DNA from: Chiloscyllium plagiosum
Lineage: Eukaryota
Direction: 5' to 3'
Length of the DNA stretch: 32,788 bases
Assembly (NCBI RefSeq): GCF_004010195.1
Contig: NC_057718.1
Span: 94,212,039 to 94,244,826 of the forward strand
The notes under the pieces were generated by a model. That model had not been told where the DNA came from. It worked only from the letters and a program-made list of their open reading frames with translations, and made no database searches. Of this stretch, positions 21,601 to 32,788 are shown piece by piece. How positions within the stretch are numbered: the stretch's first letter is position 1; each line of letters starts with the position of its first letter. The position numbers and the translations under genes were made by a program.

Positions 21601-22719
21601 TTTCTGCAAGTCGCTGTATACTCAAAGGAAAATTCTCAAATGAGGTCAGCAAAATGTTGGGTGTATTGCTACCTGAGACAACCACAGAGAGCAACAAATG
21701 AGATTGGTATCATCCAGAAGAAAATGGCCAGCAACTTACCTGTGTACGGTTAATTATCTTTTTAAATAGAGCTGGTTGATGGGAGGGAGAGGTGGTAGTG
21801 GGGTCCTTCTTGCTACTAAGTGCATGTTCAGATGAGTGAGGTTATGTGAAAGTACAGTCTCAAGCCTCCAGAAGGGCCAGGTTGGTCTTGAGCCTGTATT
21901 GCAGTCTCATAGACCTTGTCAGCTGCCTACCCGACACACCTCCAATAGGGGGGGCACTACAAGTGTATGTCAGCCTGAGCATTATGATATCAAGTACACT
22001 CCATTACACAAGCCTGCCAACTCTGGCTGCAATTCTGGAATATTACGAGCACATGTAGCATCCAAGAAATTGGTGCTAACAAATCCACTTTCTTACCTAA
22101 ATCCTGAATAAATGTGGTGTTGCTCTCTCCATCTTGTGGGTTTCAATCCTCCAATTTGCTCAGTATTTAAAATATGTACAGAAGATAATAATCATAGAGG
22201 TGCAGATGAACTAGATTTAGTTTAATTTTAAATCTACAACATCATTCGTGAAATCTGCTCTGTGGTGTACATATGTTGATTCAGCGGAGTGCCTCATCAC
22301 TGTTGCATACCATGATCAGCTTTCTGAAGGTGTTCATGTTAAAACAAGAGCTCATTTAGCACAAATAAATGATCCAATTTATATTCCGGAATAGAGTTGG
22401 ATCATGACCTTTGTCTGTCTAATTTGGCTGCTGAGCACGCAATTGAATATCTAATGTTATGACTCATTCCTAAACTGCTTCTGTGTGAGGATTGGCATGG
22501 TCGTTAGAGCCAAAGCTGTTCTGAATTTCAGATGTTGCAAAAAAAAAGGAAGATGAACAACTTGCTTCATCAAGTGGTAAAGACTTACAATCTCATTTCC
22601 AGCAGCCTATCAGGGCCAAGAGAAGAAAGTCAAAGACTCACATCAACATTCTCAAACAGTATTGCCAATTACACTGTGGCAGTGGTTACATCTCTATTGT
22701 CTCAGAGGTTATATTTGAG

Positions 22720-22860
22720 AATGGAATTTTCATCCTTGTCCCAAATCATTTTACAGCCTCGCTCCTCCTGTGATCTCTTCCAACTGTCCAAGATCCTTGT
22801 GCCTGTTCATCTCCGGCCGTGATTTTATTTGTTCCACCCTGGATTCTGGAGTTCCTTGTC
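22720..22860 (+). mobile_element. Old L2 relic (continues at 23450-23620 after the CR1 insertion)
   Basis: TTTTCATCCTTGT..AAATC...GCCTCGCTCCTCC, with an L2-like tail TATGTTAAAGGC...GTTGCTGTTG at 23594-23616. Confidence 0.45.
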
Positions 22861-22861
22861 T

Positions 22862-23437
22862 GGAATCATAGAGTCATACCACACAGAAACAGCCCTTCGG
22901 TCCAACCAATCCATGCTGGACATAGTCCCAAATGAAACCCAAAAACAGGGTTCGAGCTCATATCTCTCCAAACCTTTCCTATTAATGTATTATCTAGATG
23001 TCTTTTAAACGTTGTCATTGTAACTAATATCCACCATTTGGAAGTTCATTCTACAAGCAAACCATCCTCGGTGTAAAAACTTTGCCTCACATCTTTCAAA
23101 ACTCCCTCTTCTCTCACCTTAAGATTGTGCCCACTGTCTTGAAAATTCTCTATCCTAGGGAAAAGACCATTAACCCTGTCAACTACATCGCATTATTTTA
23201 TAAACTTCAATAAGGTCACCCTTTGAACGCCTTACACTCTAGTGTAAAAAAAGTCCCAGCCTATCAGGCTTTTCTTTATAATGCAAACCTTCCATATTCG
23301 GCAACATCTTGCTAAATCTTTTCTGAACCCTCTCCAGCGTAATCATATCCTTCCCATAGTGGAGTGGCCAGAACTGGATACAGTGTTCCAGAAGAGGCTT
23401 CACCAATGTTCTACAAAACCTCAACATGACTTCCCCA
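22862..23437 (-). mobile_element. CR1/HER1 LINE 3' fragment
   Basis: ORF 23239-23505: EVMLRFCRTLVKPLLEHCIQFW...LERVQKRFSKMLP. Confidence 0.9.
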
Positions 23438-23716
23438 AGTGTAAGCCAATGTTCCTCCCTTTTCTCCTTTAAGGCTCTCCCAAAAGCCTCACTCTTTGGC
23501 CACACTATTGGTCAGTTTCCTTAATATCTCTTCTTGGCTCAGTGTTGAGCGTTGTTTGATAATACTTCCATGAGTTCCTCGGATTGTGCTGCTATGTTAA
23601 AGGCATGTTGCTGTTGCTACTGTTGCTTTGGGTTCAAGTCCCATCCTCTAGCTTTCTGAACCTTGTTCAGCTTGGCATTCCTGTGGACTACTAAAGAACA
23701 GCCACAATGTCTTTCG

Positions 23717-23864
23717 TAGAATATAGAACATGGAACATTACAGTGCAGTACAGGCCCTTCGGTCCTCAATGTTGCGTCAACCTGTGAAACTAATCTGAAG
23801 CCCACTAATCTACACTATTCCATTCTCATCCATATGTCTATCCAATGACTATTTAAATGCTCTT
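23717..23864 (-). mobile_element. CR1-type 3' end acting as host of the L1 insertion (resumes at 29449-29487)
   Basis: (TAGAACA)n-like tail and ACAGGCCCTTCGG. The sequence continues after the L1 as AAATGCCCTTAACGTTGGCGAGTCTACTACTGTTGC. Confidence 0.75.
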
Positions 23865-23873
23865 GGGGAGATC

Positions 23874-23885
23874 CAAGATGGCGGC
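23874..23885 (+). promoter_or_regulatory. YY1-type motif in the L1 5' UTR internal promoter
   Basis: CAAGATGGCGGC, 9 nt after the element start; matches the YY1 consensus. Confidence 0.6.
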
Positions 23886-24038
23886 GTCCTGTTAGGATCG
23901 TGTTTGCTGGGCTCCGCACTGCAACACCAACCTGACAGAGCCAGGATCCATCCCAAACACTTTACTGTGCGTAAAAACACAGTAAAGCAGGTAGAAACCA
24001 GAAAGAAAATGACTCACCCTTGTCCTTGCAGCTGGAGA

Positions 24039-24860
24039 ATGCCAAAGAAGGCAAAAAGCTCACCTGGGGCACAGGCCACAGCCCAGCCCACTGAAGCAGC
24101 AGGTTTGCTTCCTCACCAGGCCCTGGTTGAGAAGCTGGCCAAATATTGCGGGGTCCTGGGGAGGCAGATCCAGGAAAAAATCGAGGAGAAGCTGGCTCCT
24201 ATATATCTGCTATGCTGCAAGACTTGGGGAAAAAGGAACGATGAGCTCAAGCGCTGGGCTGCAGGGGGAGAGGCAGACGCTGACTCCTCCAAGGGCCAGA
24301 TTAAAGCACAGGTCCGTGGTCTGTTGGATCAGGTAGATGATCTCAAAAACCGATCTAGAAGAAAGAACCTGCGTATTGTTGGCATACCGGAGAGGACAGA
24401 GGGTGAGCGTCTGGTGGAGTTCTTCAAGAAGTGGTTCCTGGAGTTCCTTGGTTTGGGGTTGAGAAGGGAAGGATAACAATTGAAAAGGCCACCAGATCAC
24501 GCCACGAAAACCAGGTGGGGATCAGCGCCAATGCCCTGCCCTGGTGAGGGTTCATCATTATAAAGACAAGTGGAGGGTCATGGAAGCCTCGAGAGCCCAG
24601 GGGAGGGATTCGAGTGCATTAGTATGTAGCGGCTCCAGGGTCATATTTGTTCAAGACTTCTCGGTGGCAGTGATCCAGAAAAGGAAGTCCTACGATGGCA
24701 TCAAGAGGAGATTGATTCAGCTTGGGATCCAGTATTCTTTATGATAACCAGTGGTGCTTCGGATCAATCATTTTTGGATCCATTCATTTGTTTGACTCGT
24801 CAGAGAAAGCGAAGAACTTTGTGGACACGTTAACTTCAGTCGAACGGCCAAACAGACGTA
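24039..24860 (+). pseudogene. L1 ORF1p (Transposase_22-like RNA-binding protein), frameshifted
   Basis: MPKKAK... DDLKNRSRRKNLRIVGIPE, VRVHHYKDK, IFVQDFSVAVIQKRKSY, HLFDSSEKAKNFV. The end coordinate is approximate. Confidence 0.9.
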
Positions 24861-25377
24861 GAGGGCAGAACTGTTTGGGTTTGCTTTTCTTTAAAAAGGA
24901 CTTGATGGAGTCTCCTTTCTGATAATAAGTTGCATGAAATGATGTGGGTTGGATAGAGTATCTGTTTTTAATCTCTAAATTATGTTAAGGGATGGGTAAC
25001 ATATTTACTTTTAGTCTACTTGCCTATAGTACTAACCTTGCTTTTGGGTGTTTCTTTTTTCTCTACCGGGTGGTCGGTGAATGTTGCGTGACCCTAGCTG
25101 GTAGGAGTTGAGAGGGTGTTTGGGATGGTTAGTAGGGTTGTAGGATGTGTAGGCACTCCGTTTGAATCGGGAGTACATGCCTCCAATCAGTGCCTTTGGC
25201 GATTGTTTGTTCCCCTGGTTTTGCTGTGCATAGTTTTTGTAAGTTCTGTAGATTTGTTGGCTGTTGTTATTTTAGTCTGTGTAGTTTTTGGGATTTGTGG
25301 TTTCTTTTGCATTAAATCTCAGTGGTCTGTAGTTCGGGTTCTTCCTCTCTGGAGTCTAGATGGTGCTGTGGAAGGTT

Positions 25378-28300
25378 ATGGCTCAGGATGTGTTGAAGTC
25401 GTGCGCCTGAAATATTAGGGGGAGTCACTCACCTGTCAAGAGGAAGAAGGTACTTTCCAGCCTTTAAACGGAGAGGGTGGATGTTGCCTTATTACAAGAA
25501 GCACACCTGGATGATGCAGAGCATTTGAAGCTGCAACAGAAAGGGTATGACCGGGCTTATTTTTCATTTTTCAATACGAGGAGTAGAGGGGTGGCCATTT
25601 TAGTGAGAAAGAATCTCCCATTTAAGTTGTTAGAGTCTATTAAAGACACACATGGGAGATTTGTAATCATTAAAGCTTTGGTACATAGGGAAGAATATGA
25701 GGTCTTAAATGTTTACTATCCACTGGTCCACCCCCTTAAATTCTTGACAGACAAACATTCTAGACTAGTTAACCTTGCATCTTAACATATAATTGTAGGA
25801 GAGGATTTCAATTGTCTCGTAGACCCTACAGTAGACAGATTGCCCAAAGGCCGGCTCATTTCTGCTCTGCAATCTAAACAATTAAGGGATCTGTGTGCTG
25901 AATTGGGGTTGGTAGATGTTTGGAGGCACCTTCGCCCTGCTGGCAGGGACTTCACGTTCTTCTCGAACCCACATAAAGGCCATACAAGGATTGATCTCTT
26001 TCTGACCCCCACAGCACATCTGGGCTCGGTGGTGTCATGTACACTATCACTATTTCTGATCACGCCCCAGTGTATTCAACAGTGAACAGTAAGGATACTG
26101 TGGTAGGCTCGAGGCACTAGCGACTGGACCCCTTCATCCTTAAGGATACCAAGTTTATTGAATTGCTTTCTACTCAGTTCAGGGCTTTTTAGATATTAAT
26201 TCAGACTTGGTCAGTAGCCCATCCATCCTTTGGGAAACAGCAAAAGCCTATTGCTGAGGGTTGGTTATTTCCTATTCAGCCAGTAAGAAGCAATGGACGG
26301 GTGACAAGCAACGCTTGCTCGAGGTGCATCTGAAAATAGCTGAAAAGGCATATTTTGACAGGCTCTCACTGGTTAAACTGCAGAGGATCACGGCACTTCA
26401 GTCTATGCTGAACTCCATGCTCACATGGACAGCCAAAAGGGAGCTTACATTTGCAAGTCAAAGGCTGTTTGAGCATGAGGATAAGCCAGGCAAGTGCGTA
26501 GCACATCTTGCTAGGAAAAAGAGTGCCCCCCCCCCCGCCCCCCCAGGCCATTACCTTGATCAGAGAGGCCACTAGAAATTTGACCTACGATTCTAAAAGG
26601 ATTCATGCAGCATTCTGGAAATTTTACTCTGAATTTTATCAACCTGAAAGCTATGAGAGTGGGCAGGTTAGGATGGAGTCATTTTTTAAGAATTTGGACC
26701 TTCCAAGAGTGACCCCTGAACAAGAGTCTCTCCTCAATGCACCATTGCCAAAGCAAGAGGAGCAGGAGGCTGTGAGGCAGCTCCAGAATGGGAAGGCGCC
26801 AGGTCCTGATGGGCTCCCTACTGAGTTCTGTAAGGAATTTATAAGTAGGTTGTCAGGGCTGATGCTTGGTATGTTTACTGACTCTCACAGTTGTGGCCTC
26901 CTCCCACCCTCTCTAAGAGAAGTGAACATCTCTCTCATTCTTAAAAAAAGGGAAGGCCCCAGAGAATTGTGCTTCCAATAGACCCATTTCACTCCTGAGT
27001 GTCGACTTCAAAATTCTATCCAAGACTCTGGCATTAAAGCAAGAAACTGTATTGCCCTCCATCATTAAGGGGGACCAGACGGGGTTCATAAAAAGTCGCA
27101 GATCGGCGGATAATTTCAGGAGCTGACTTAACATAATCCAAGTAAGTCAACAACGATTGGTAATCTCCTAAGATGCGGAAAAGGCATTTGACAGAGTCGA
27201 GTGGCCATATCTCTTTCATACTTTGAAGCGGTTTGGCCTGGGAGAGACCTTTATCAGGTGGGTGAAGCTTTTGTACAGTGATCCTCTTGCTGTGGTCCTC
27301 ACCAATGGTATACAGTCAAGCAATTTTAATATTTGTAGGGGCAGTTGACAGGGCTGTCCCTTGTCACCATTGCTTTTCACATTGGTGATCGAACCGCTGG
27401 TGGAGGCAACACATAGGGATAACTCCAGAAGTGGGGACAAAGTCGCATAAGATCGCACTGCATGCAGATGGTGTTCTTGTCTTCTTATCAAACCCACAGT
27501 CTCAGTGCCATATCTGACACAATGCATCAATCTGTCTGGTGGCTTTTTGGGTTATAAGAGCAATTTTGCGAAGTCAGAGGCCATGTCCCTGGGTGGTCTC
27601 CCGAGAGTGCCTGATCCTGAGGGCGGATCTCGGTTCCCCTTTAGATGATTGCAGGAGGGACATCTCTACTCAGGTATATTTATTGCTCCCATTTTTGATT
27701 GGCTATTTGAAGCCAATTTTGCCCACTTATTCGACAGAATCAAGCAGGATTTTCGTTGATGGGAGGTGCTTCTGATATCTTGGTTAGGTTGGATAGCCCT
27801 CATTAAAATGAACATTCTGCCCCGCCTGTTGTATCCTATGCAAATGCTTCCTCTGCTTTTTACTAAGCAGATATTTAAAAACTGAATAGCTGGTTTAGTT
27901 CTTTTATCTGGTATTGCAAGCAGCCCCTAATTAAATTGACTAAATTGTATTTACCTTATCGACTGGGAGGAGTGGACCTCCCTGATATCAAAAACTATCA
28001 GTTAAGCTCATTGCTATTTTACGTGACTGATTGGGCCCAGGGGACCCTCACTCACTTTGGTTGGACATCGAAGTATCTCAGGTAAGCTGCCCCCTTATTA
28101 GCTTGTTGTTCTTAGAAAAAATGGGAACAGTTAAGGAATATTGTCATAGCCCAATAGTCATCAATACTGACAATGCGTGGAGGGCAATGCATCAGGGTGA
28201 GAGCAGTATTGCCAAAACATCATCTTTGACACCCATTGTTGGTATGCTGGGCTTTCAGCCAGGGATAACGAACTCTGGGTTTAAGCTATGTACAGCTAGG

Positions 28301-29162
28301 GGCAAATCTTGCCTGTGTGATTTATTCGAAGGGGACATACTGATGTCCCTTGACCAGTTGGCTCGGAAATATGAATTGCCAGTAGGGACCTCTTTCATTT
28401 CTTTCAAATTAGAAACTTCATACAAAAAGAGACCGCACTTCTAACTGATCCTTATAGGCCCGACATGGAGACGAGGGTGTTGATACTGAGGGTACATTAT
28501 CTGTTGACAATGCTTATCATCTATTGGGAGATGATCCCTCAAACGAGACCAAATGGCTCTGTAAGGTATGGGAGGGGGAGCTGGACATTGAGATCGCTTC
28601 TGAAATATGGGAGGATATCTGGGAAAATACAAGAAGGATCTCGATTTGCAACAGGATCCATGCCTTCCAATTGAAGATTCTCCACAGGGTCCCTCTGGTC
28701 CCAGACTGCCTTGCTAAATTTAAAGTGTGAGAATATCCAAAGTGTCCTAAATGTAAAGTGAGCGTGGGCATGATTCCTCACTGTCTTTGGTCCTGCCACA
28801 GACTATGGGCATACAGGAGCGCTGTGGTAGGTGAAATAGAATAGGCTTTGGGGACGGAGGTGGAGATGAACCCAGTACCTCTTCTTCTTGGCTTTGTTAA
28901 TTCACTTTCATTAGATGCACACAAAAGAAGGCTTTTCAGTATCCTCACTTTGTGTGCCAGAAAGAACATTCTATTAGGGTGGGTGTCGGACAATCTCCTG
29001 GGGCTGGCAGGCTGGCGTAAGCTAGTCATGGAGCACATCCCCTTGGACTTTCTTACGAGTATGGTGCACCATAAAACTGAGAACTTCTATAATTCGTGGC
29101 GGACCTCTTTGGACTACCTGGGTACAGATTTGTCCACCATACTAATTAGAGCTTTTATATAG
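25378..29162 (+). pseudogene. L1 ORF2p (APE endonuclease, reverse transcriptase, CCHC), multiply disrupted
   Basis: DVALLQEAHL, GEDFN, RIDLFL, ISDHAPV; KAPGPDG, RPISLL, DAEKAFDRVEW, QGCPLSPLLF, LHADG (mutated YADD); CPKC..HCLWSC. Many stops and frameshifts. Confidence 0.95.
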
Positions 29163-29509
29163 CCATGGCAATTCTATGTAGTGAATCTAGTATCCAGAGA
29201 GGAGGAACTACAAACATATGAATATGTGCAAACATATGCGCTCGATGATCAAGGACTATTGCTTTGTTTTGCTGAGCTGTGTTATGGTTATTATTATTAT
29301 TACTGTTAAGACTTTTCTTTTTTAGCTTAGTTATTAGTTTATATTTATTTAAGTAGCAGGCTTTTTAAAATATTAGAATGAATTGTTTGACTTTTGTTAT
29401 ATTCAAAAGAAAAAAATTCCTTTTTTTTAATAAAAATATATTTTTAAAAAATGCCCTTAACGTTGGCGAGTCTACTACTGTTGCAGAGTTTGTGTTTCCA
29501 TTGAATTAA

Positions 29510-29780
29510 GGGCACCTCTGCCATCTCAGGAAATTGTAAAAAATCCAATAGTACTATTTTGAAGAAATACTGTTTTCCCATGAGTGCAGGTCAATATTTA
29601 TCCTTCTATCTATATCAGGACAACAGATTATCGTTATTGCTCTTTGTGGGAAATGAGATGTGCAAACTAATAGACCCATGGCCCAAAGGGATTCCATTTC
29701 AAAAGCATGTTATTAATTGGAAAGCGCTTAGGACCCTCATGAGGGCATGAAAGGTACTACATAAATGAAAGTGTTTTTTC
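29510..29780 (+). mobile_element. Deu-domain SINE relic
   Basis: AAAATCCAATAGTACTATTTTGAAGAA...CAATATTTATCC...TTTGTGGGA...TGAAAGGTACTACATAAATGAAAGT resembles the recalled Deu-SINE consensus. Confidence 0.6.
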
Positions 29781-30872
29781 CTGTCTTTTGTCATGCAATG
29801 AGACATTACGGTGGTCAATGTGTTAACATAGGAAAGCCCGCCCACTGGGAGGGTGTATCTGAAAATGTCATGAGTAATATCATCGAATTTCTGACACTCA
29901 GCTCTGCCATTTCTAGCTTTCTCAATCCGTTGTCACAAATTTTTACTTTTATTATGCTTGATTATAAGTAGAAGAATCACGATTTGGTTGCCATTTAGCA
30001 GAATTTTGCACATAATTTACATGAAAGTGACATGAAAACCAAAGATAACAGAATCTAAATGATAAAAGGAATCTTTGTGGTGTCTGGACTATTAACTACA
30101 AATGACTTAGATTTGATAATAATTAAATGTCCTGAGCTCTCAAGCCAGTCCTTTCTTTGATATCAAATATCATGCAATGATTCCATCCAAGGTACCCTGA
30201 CTTGCTGAGAGTGCTTCTGACTCTATTAGACTGTGTATATATGAGCTTTCTCTTTTCTCATTATTCTGACCCCAATGCAGAACTCAGCGAGAGTGACAAA
30301 ACCTCAGGGGCTGATTAACACTCAACTGAATGGTGATGCAGCAGGTCAGATGAGATTTCACACTGAAGCACTTTTCACTGCATCGCAATTGTACTGCTGC
30401 CAACAGTGCTGTGCTCCCTTCCTCCAGACATCAAGACAGCTTCCATAAAAATGCCACCTGGTATTTAACGCTAGATCAAGCTATCAATTTGTACAGTCAT
30501 GTATAAACTCACAATGTGCTTCTGGGCTGAGTGCTATTAATCATTCTATTAAACAACAATTATCAGAGGCTAACAAAAAAAGATAATAATTCCCCCATGC
30601 AGAAAAAAACAACAATTTACATTCATAGCTTTTATCATGGTGCATGCTCAGGGTTGCAATCCTCCACTGACTCTCATTAGTGTATGCAAATCCTTTGCTC
30701 GCAAGGACTGCTAAAGTCAAATTGTATTGCTAACATAAAAATCCACCCGCTTTTCAGATTCATTAGACAACCCTTCAGAAAATTCAGCTTAGATGGGCAG
30801 GTCATGTCTTTTTGTATGGATAAGTGTAGAAAGCCCAAGCATATTTTTTAAGAGGAGCTGTCTCAAGGCAGG

Positions 30873-31185
30873 TAGATTAGATTAGATTCTCTACAGGCCC
30901 TTCAGCCCAACAAGTCCACATGGACCTTCCATAGAGTAATCCACCCAGAACCATTCCCCTACCGTATATTTACCCCTGACTAGAGCACCTAACACTATGG
31001 GCAATTTAGCATGGCCAATCCACCTGACCTGCACATCTTTGGAAACCAGAGCACCCGGACGAAACCCACACAGGCACGGGGAAATTATGCAAACTCCTCA
31101 CAGATGGTTGCCTGAGCCCAGATTCGAACCCTGGTCCCTGGTGCTGTGAGGCAGCAGTGCTAACCATGGAGCCATTCTGCCGCCC
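30873..31185 (-). mobile_element. HE1-type SINE with small internal deletions
   Basis: (TAGAT)n tail and head ...GGCAGCAGTGCTAACC...TGCCGCCC. Confidence 0.9.
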
Positions 31186-31218
31186 ATCAAGATGCTCAAT
31201 ACAAACAATAAAAAAAAC

Positions 31219-31880
31219 CCCACCCCAACACACACAAACGAAGCTGCATCAGGACACTATTCAAAAGGGCCACAACACACTGCAGTACACCAGGACTGCA
31301 AAAAGAAGAAGAGGAACACCTATACAAGGTATTCTCCAAAAACGGATACCCACGCAACTTCATCAGCAGATTCCTAAGAGAAAGACCACGGAACGAGGAC
31401 ATACCACAACCAAAGGACTAGCCACACTACCATACATCAGGAGCATCTCGGAACTGACTGCCAGACTACTGCGACCCCTAGGACTCATAATGGCACATAA
31501 ACCAACAGCCACGCTCAGACAACAACTCACCAGAACGAAGGACCCGATACCCAACATGAGCAAGACGAATGTAGTGTACAAAATACCATGCAAGGACTGC
31601 ACAAAACACTATATAGGACAAACAGGAAGACAGCTAACAACCCGCATACATGAACATCAACTAGCCACGAAACGACACGAACAGCTATCCTTAGTAGCCA
31701 CAGACCACTATAAACACCGGAGGAAACATCAAAGAAGTGCTTCGCAGGAGGCTCCCAAGCACTGATGATGTCGCCTAGCCAGGGGACGAAACGTTTGCAA
31801 CAAAAACTTCCAGCTCGGCGAACAGAACCACAGCAACGAGCATCCGAGCTACAAATCTTCGCACAAACTTTGCACAAACT
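31219..31880 (+). mobile_element. Penelope-like element 3' fragment: RT thumb, linker, GIY-YIG endonuclease (frameshifted and internally deleted) and pLTR
   Basis: PNTHKRSCIRTLFKRATTHCS...NGYPRNFI; TLPYIRSISE; NVVYKIPCKDCTKHYIGQTGRQLTTRIHEH. Deletion junction near 31700. Confidence 0.93.
31759..31798 (+). ncRNA. Minimal hammerhead ribozyme motif in the Penelope pLTR
   Basis: GCA-CTGATGA-T-GTCGCCT(AGCC)AGGGGAC-GAA-ACGT-T-TGC. Stem I GCA/TGC, stem II 6 of 7 bp, palindromic stem III ACGT, triplet GUU. Confidence 0.8.
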
Positions 31881-32465
31881 TACGAGTGAGGGGTACATGG
31901 CCTTAAGAAAACAGGAGAACAGGAGCAATTAATTTAGGCAGGGAGTGGCAGATGGAATTAGACTCCAGGATATATTCAAAGATAATCTGTCAAAAGCACA
32001 TTTTTGTCTTGAACATCAGAGAAGCTCAAGAGGGCAAGGAGAAAAGGAATTAAGGGAGGTTGGGTCGTTGTAACGATTCTGTAATGAGTTACATACTGCA
32101 GTGGGACTGATCCACCACTTCTAGAATGTCAGCTTGAGGCTGACAGTTTTTTGAATATACAATAAGAATCAAATTGTAGATTATCCAGCCAAAGATCAGC
32201 AAAGTAGCGAGATGTTAGCAGGTTAAGGATGTAATGCAGGCAGAGCTATAAGCAGGATAAGCTTCTCCTTTCCACCGCTGTCCCTTTCTGACCCCTGGCT
32301 CTGCAACCCAAGGACCTGCTCCCGTCCTCATTAGCTGATTCTGCAATCCCTATCTCCAGTTCCTGAATCTGTGCTGACTGAACCTGACCCTTTGATCCAC
32401 CAACTTCCCTGACTGAGTCACTCCCTCAATCCCGATTCAATGACCCAAGTATTTATAGAACCTGC

Positions 32466-32580
32466 AACATAGAACGATAAAGCACAGAAAGGTCATGATA
32501 TCGGGCCAATCATAACTCTAAATTAAATTAATCCCTTCGGCCTGCCCTTGGTCCATATCCCTCCAATCCTTGCATATTCA
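32466..32580 (-). mobile_element. CR1-type 3' end relic
   Basis: AACATAGAAC tail...GGTCCATATCCCTCCAATCCTTGCATATTCA. Confidence 0.6.
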
Positions 32581-32788
32581 GGATTCTGGGTAATCCAAGA
32601 TAGAAGATTGGAAAAATTTCTGGCTGTAAGAGCTGCTCCTTTTTTTGAGGTATTTTAGGTTTTGGAGGTGATTTCCTCGAATCCCAGGAGCAGCAATTAC
32701 TGTTTTATATGCTGTTCCATTGTTTTGGAACTTTGGAAAAAAAAAGTCAAAACAACAGCAGTTTTAAAAGGGAGAAGCGCAGACAAAG
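32581..32788 (+). mobile_element. Start of an unclassified interspersed repeat running off the window
   Basis: Abruptly truncates the CR1 relic. Begins GGATTCTGGGTAATCCAAGATAG, resembling the ATCCAAGATGG head of the L1. Confidence 0.35.

Larger units (their letters stand above)
23865..29448 (+). mobile_element. Full-length, inactivated L1-clade LINE (about 5.6 kb)
   Basis: G-rich start, ORF1, T-rich inter-ORF spacer, ORF2 (EN-RT-CCHC), AATAAA at 29429 and an A-rich tail. TSD AAATGCTCTT (23855-23864) / AAATGCCCTT (29449-29458) at a TT|AAA site. Confidence 0.95.

Noticed and set aside
25116..25418. 100-aa hydrophobic ORF between L1 ORF1 and ORF2
   Set aside because: GTG start, and a G/T-rich spacer that yields Val/Phe/Leu/Cys codons and few stops; no evidence of a third L1 gene.
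1..32788. CRISPR arrays, operons or other prokaryotic systems
   Set aside because: No regularly spaced repeat-spacer arrays or dense coding structure; the content is vertebrate repeat DNA.

Overview
This is eukaryotic, repeat-dense, non-genic or intronic DNA. The repeat repertoire (HE1-type tRNA SINEs, HER1/CR1 LINE tails, Deu-domain SINEs) points to a cartilaginous fish, probably a shark; this is inferred from recalled repeat families, not from a search. No host protein-coding gene is recognisable. The main elements are: the 5' LTR and decayed gag of a Gypsy-type element (1-1268, minus); a solo LTR (16765-17510); a full-length but dead L1-clade LINE with target-site duplication (23865-29448); about a dozen CR1 fragments; five HE1 SINEs; Rex1/Babar, L2 and Harbinger relics; and a Penelope-like (GIY-YIG) fragment with several short Penelope-derived elements. 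Two observations stand out. (1) Minimal hammerhead ribozyme motifs from up to four Penelope-like families, with covarying stems, some inside 140-210 bp non-coding, partly inverted elements flanked by target-site duplications. (2) A local rearrangement cluster at 15957-18246, where a ~110-bp segment occurs three times, once inverted inside the solo LTR with a further 35-nt templated insertion. All alignments and folds were done by eye, so element boundaries are approximate.
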